Shown here: one piece after another, positions 60,169 to 64,000 of the stretch
How positions within the stretch are numbered: the first letter of the stretch is position 1
Layout: the number at the start of each line of letters is the position of its first letter
Origin: Promethearchaeota archaeon
Lineage (GTDB): Archaea; Asgardarchaeota; Lokiarchaeia; Sigyniarchaeales; SOKP01
Length of the DNA stretch: 64,000 bases
Reading direction: 5' to 3'
Assembly: GCA_019057865.1 (NCBI GenBank)
Contig: JAHLWP010000004.1
Coordinates: 1 to 64,000 of the forward strand
Made by a program: the position numbers and the translations under genes
The notes under the pieces: model-generated
Seen by the model: only the letters and a program-made list of their open reading frames with translations
Told to the model about the DNA's origin: nothing
The model's database searches: none

Positions 60169-61215
60169 ATGTCTGAAGTAGAACCTAATAAAGTAATTTT
60201 ATTTCTAAAAAAGAGAAAACGTATCCTTATTGGCATAATCACAATATTATCAGTAATTTTAATGCTTTTTATCGTAGATTTTTCCAAAATTATATTAAAA
60301 ATTAGGTTAATTGGCTTTTGGGGTACTTTTTTATTTGTTTTAGCTTATTCATTAGCTTTCTTATTTAGATCTTTAAAATTGAAGCTAACTTTTAAAGGAA
60401 TTGATAAGAACATAAACTTTAGCACATCATATTTTTCTACGGGTGCTAGTTTTGTTATAAATGATTTTACACCTGGTAAATTGGGTGATATAGTAAAAAT
60501 TTTTATCATTAAAGATCAAGAAGAACTACTATTGAGTGAATCTGTTGCTGGAATTGCTATTGAGAGAATATTAGACTTAATATTTTTATTTATTATTAGT
60601 TGTGGGTCTTTAATTTATCTTTATATAAGTAGTTTTGGAGAAACAGAAAATGTGGAAATTTTAGGCCAAGATATTCAATTTTACTTGATATTAGGAGCAA
60701 TATTAATAATTGGATTCATTATTATCTTAATTCTTGTACTTTATAAAACAGAAAAAATATTAAAAATAATTAATAAAATATCCGCTCGAGTATCAAATTA
60801 TATTGAAAGGTTCTTAGGTAATTTTAAAAGAGGAATGAAGAATTTCAAAAATCATAAAAAAGAATTTTTATATGTGGTCCTGTTAGGAATCCCAACTTGG
60901 ATTAGTGATGCTCTCATAATTTCAATATTTTTCTATATATTAGGATACCACCTGAATATATTCTTATTAGTTCTAGCTATGATATTATTGTTTTTTAGTA
61001 AGACTTTTCCTATAACCCCTGGGGGATGGGGAATTTCTGAAAACATTGGTGCTTTATTTATCTTCATTTTTTATCCGTCTATACCTTATACTGAAATCTT
61101 ATCAATATTTATTATTGAACATTTATTTAGAAGCGCATATCTCTTTTTTTATGGTGGTTTTTCTATACTTCATTATAATGTTAAAATAAAAAGCCCTGAT
61201 TTGATTACAACCTAA
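60169..61215 (+). CDS. UPF0104 / lysylphosphatidylglycerol-synthase TM domain (flippase-like) protein
   Basis: INDFTPGKLGD, ERILD, PITPGGWG; multi-TM. Confidence 0.85.
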   Translation: MSEVEPNKVILFLKKRKRILIGIITILSVILMLFIVDFSKIILKIRLIGFWGTFLFVLAYSLAFLFRSLKLKLTFKGIDKNINFSTSYFSTGASFVINDFTPGKLGDIVKIFIIKDQEELLLSESVAGIAIERILDLIFLFIISCGSLIYLYISSFGETENVEILGQDIQFYLILGAILIIGFIIILILVLYKTEKILKIINKISARVSNYIERFLGNFKRGMKNFKNHKKEFLYVVLLGIPTWISDALIISIFFYILGYHLNIFLLVLAMILLFFSKTFPITPGGWGISENIGALFIFIFYPSIPYTEILSIFIIEHLFRSAYLFFYGGFSILHYNVKIKSPDLITT

Positions 61216-61273
61216 ATTTACTCAATAATTATATTTGGAAAAATTTAAAAAACTATCATTATGAGTTATAGAT

Positions 61274-62332
61274 ATGGAAGAAATAGAGAAAAAAGTAGAA
61301 ACTAGGACAGAAAAAAACATCTTAGAAAAAATATTAGATAATAAAGCATTGATCTTTATTATTGCTGGTATCCTAGCTCGATTTTTAATGTTATTTTATT
61401 ATTATTATTCTCATATAATATTTTCTGGACGTTCTTGGGGAGATGTAGAACTAAATTTTAACCAAAGTATTTATTACCCTCCTCTGGGTACTGCTATGTT
61501 AGATCTGTTTAGACTGATATCATTTGATTTTATTGAAGTCTTTGCTTTTTGGGCTTTTCTCTGGGATTTAGGAACTACATTGATGTTTTATTTTGTATTA
61601 AAAAATTTTAATATAAAAAATATTAATTATGCATTTGGATTGTTTTTGGTTAATCCGTTTTACTTCTTACATAATTCATTTAGTTTAGAAAATTGTGGAT
61701 ATCACATAACTGATGCTTTCTTTTTCTTTTTCCTATTTTTGGCATTAATCTTTTATCCAAGAAAAGAAAATTATGCAAGATATCTATTCTACATATTTTT
61801 AGGTATTTCAATGTGTGTAAAATATTACACATTACCTGCTCTAGGAATTTTCTTTTTAAAGTACCTCTGTGAAAAGGATTGGAATGAGTTGAAGCGTTTT
61901 ATGTTATCTATTGTTCCAATTATAATTGTTTTTTTAATTGTACCAATAGTGTTTATAGAACCATACTTAAGTGATTTATTAGCTTGGTATTCAATAGGAA
62001 AAAAAGTACCATTATACCTGAGAATAATCCCTATTGGATTAATAGCACTTTTTTTTATAACTTTTAGGTTAAAAAATTCAAATGGTTTTGAAATTATCAT
62101 TATTTCAATCATTGCAATGGCTTCATTTATGGTTTTTAGTTATCCTTATTTAAGATGGTTTCAATCAATTATTTTTTATGGGATTTTAGTTGAAAGAGAT
62201 TTCTTCAAATTTGACTTAAATCTTGGAATTGTTAAAAGAACTATAAATGTAAATAATCACACTTTAACATTCTATTTGTCTTTTGTTGGAGTATTTCTGT
62301 CTTACTTATTTATCTTATATATCATCATCTAA
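61274..62332 (+). CDS. Polytopic membrane protein, probable GT-C (GT87/PIG-M-like) glycosyltransferase
   Basis: First loop GD...YYPP, LFLVNPF, HITD, MCVKYY; lies between a flippase-like gene and a DPM1-like GT2. Confidence 0.55.
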   Translation: MEEIEKKVETRTEKNILEKILDNKALIFIIAGILARFLMLFYYYYSHIIFSGRSWGDVELNFNQSIYYPPLGTAMLDLFRLISFDFIEVFAFWAFLWDLGTTLMFYFVLKNFNIKNINYAFGLFLVNPFYFLHNSFSLENCGYHITDAFFFFFLFLALIFYPRKENYARYLFYIFLGISMCVKYYTLPALGIFFLKYLCEKDWNELKRFMLSIVPIIIVFLIVPIVFIEPYLSDLLAWYSIGKKVPLYLRIIPIGLIALFFITFRLKNSNGFEIIIISIIAMASFMVFSYPYLRWFQSIIFYGILVERDFFKFDLNLGIVKRTINVNNHTLTFYLSFVGVFLSYLFILYIII

Positions 62333-63099
62333 ATTGGAATTTTTTTTTGCAACTTCTTCATAATTTTTTTGAAATGAAACTTATAGATGTTATATATAAA
62401 TTGGTATAATTTTGAATTACCAAATAATCTATATTTTAATAATACTAAAGCACCTTCAATTCCATCAAAATAATTTATTTTAGCAAAACCGTATCTACGA
62501 ATATTATATCTTATTGGACATTCTTTTATTTGGTAACCTTTTAAAATAATTTGTGATGTAATTTCTGGTTCAAATTCAAATTCTCTTGCATTAAGTTTTA
62601 TATCATCTAAAACTTTTTTAGTAAATAATTTATAACCTGTTTCCATATCCGTTAAATTCACACAAAAAAGAAAGTTTGTTAATTTAGTGAGTAAAATATT
62701 ACCTAATAAATGAGATTTAGACATTATTTTAGGTTTTGTGAAAAATCTAGAACCATAAACTACCTCAACCTCTTTAGTTAAAATAGGTTCTAAAAGTTTA
62801 GGAATATCTGAAGGATCATACTCGAGATCTGCGTCTTGGATAATAAAAATATTTCCATTCGCATATTTTAATCCTATCCTAATAGCTACACCTTTTCCTT
62901 GATTTTCTGGTAATCTAATAAAAGTAACTTTTTTAGTAACTATCTCTTCTGAGATTATTTCTTTATGATTTATTCTTGAACCATCATCTACCACTATAAT
63001 TTCATGATCGATGGGAAAATCTACTTTTAAAAGAGATTTAATTAATGGTTTAAGAGTTTTTTCTTCATTATAACATGGTATAATAATGCTTAATTTCAA
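62329..63099 (-). CDS. DPM1-like GT2 (polyprenol-phosphate glycosyltransferase)
   Basis: SIIIPCYNE, VDDGS, NQGKG, QDADLEY, GSRF, TDMETGYK, FEFEPE. Confidence 0.88.
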   Translation of the reverse strand: MKLSIIIPCYNEEKTLKPLIKSLLKVDFPIDHEIIVVDDGSRINHKEIISEEIVTKKVTFIRLPENQGKGVAIRIGLKYANGNIFIIQDADLEYDPSDIPKLLEPILTKEVEVVYGSRFFTKPKIMSKSHLLGNILLTKLTNFLFCVNLTDMETGYKLFTKKVLDDIKLNAREFEFEPEITSQIILKGYQIKECPIRYNIRRYGFAKINYFDGIEGALVLLKYRLFGNSKLYQFIYNIYKFHFKKIMKKLQKKIPI

Positions 63100-63188
63100 T
63101 TTATGTCAATTATTTTTATTTTTCTCTCTTTATTTAGAAATTAAAAAAGATTTTAAATTTTTATTGATTATGGACCAATTCAATTTCT

Positions 63189-64000
63189 TTAAATATAATT
63201 TTGTTCTGATATTTGAATACTACAAGGAAGTAATGCAGCTTTTGGTGAATTTCCATAATTTTTTTCTAACTCTCTTAACAATTTCTCCCAATCATGGTAT
63301 AATTTTATAGATTTAGGAAGGAAATGGTATAAATCTGCTTTGCTTATATTTGGCGAAAAGAAAAATACTTTTCTCTTTTTTATGAAAACTTTCCAGATTA
63401 ATCCTTTTTCAAAATTGTTTCCAAAATTATGAAATAGTATAGAACCAGTTTCAGCTAATAAACTATGATATCCCCTTCCCTCATATGATGATGACATCAA
63501 AATTATTGCACCATTTTTATCCAAAATTTCTCTAGGAGCTGTCATTAAAAAATTAAATCCTTTAATTGCTTGATTTAATTCTGAATCTTCAGGATACAAG
63601 TTGAAAAAGCATATATGGTTTCCAATAGAAACTTTTGTTTTATAAAATTCTTTACCTAATTCTATTGCTTTTCTATGAGCTTCCTTAAAATGACCAGAAA
63701 ATATCCCACAAATTTCACCAATCTCGTTGAGTATAACATTAATAGAAAAGTCTAAACCTATAGTTTCAACAATATCTTCTATGTCTTCTCTTATCTTTGT
63801 AACTTTTCCAATGCCTCCACCGAAGGATCCAGATTTAAATCCAGCAGAATGATTAGCTTCAAGAGTTCGTATTCCACATACACCTGGCAGCACAATTTTC
63901 GCCCCTCCCCCAAATCCCGCTAGGATGTGAGGGATAACTCCTCCAATAGCAATTCTTAAATCAGAGTTATAATAAGTTCTATTTACTTCTATTGGTGTTC
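63189..64000 (-). CDS. LarA (lactate racemase) family protein, 5' end outside the window
   Basis: Frame open to the window edge: TPIEVNR...GGVIPHILAGFGGGAKIVLPG...EANH. Confidence 0.8.
   Translation of the reverse strand, partial: TPIEVNRTYYNSDLRIAIGGVIPHILAGFGGGAKIVLPGVCGIRTLEANHSAGFKSGSFGGGIGKVTKIREDIEDIVETIGLDFSINVILNEIGEICGIFSGHFKEAHRKAIELGKEFYKTKVSIGNHICFFNLYPEDSELNQAIKGFNFLMTAPREILDKNGAIILMSSSYEGRGYHSLLAETGSILFHNFGNNFEKGLIWKVFIKKRKVFFFSPNISKADLYHFLPKSIKLYHDWEKLLRELEKNYGNSPKAALLPCSIQISEQNYI

Overview
This is a very AT-rich archaeal chromosome segment. Archaeal-type PheRS, TyrRS, CoaD, DUF1512 and AOR, together with a Vps29-like protein and a long LRR protein, point to an Asgard archaeon, probably Lokiarchaeia (inference, no database search). 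About 0.2-31 kb is mostly a cell-surface glycan region. It holds ileS, a heptose pathway (hddA, gmhA, gmhB, a degenerate HldE-like kinase) interleaved with non-oxidative pentose-phosphate genes (rpe, tal, split tkt), two GDP-sugar SDRs, a PAPS module (RHH regulator, sat, AlkP-family, cysC), glycosyl- and methyltransferases, TagF-like genes and three pseudogenes. About 31-60 kb is housekeeping and catabolism: bacterial-type rph, pheA-pheT-pheS, coaD, aor/acyl-CoA ligase/SCP2, ppdK, tyrS, Fe-ADH, LRR, hutUHI+ftcd and a U32 peptidase. The window ends with a small lipid-linked glycosylation trio and a truncated LarA-family gene. The most striking unannotated signal is a pair of candidate amino-acid-sensing leaders. 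One is a Phe-rich uORF plus hairpin upstream of pheS-pheT-pheA. The other is an Ile-rich reading frame plus competing hairpins upstream of ileS. They share the same geometry, which suggests ribosome-mediated attenuation in an archaeon. Two genes (coaD, aor) appear to start at ATT. No tRNA, rRNA, CRISPR array or transposase was recognised.
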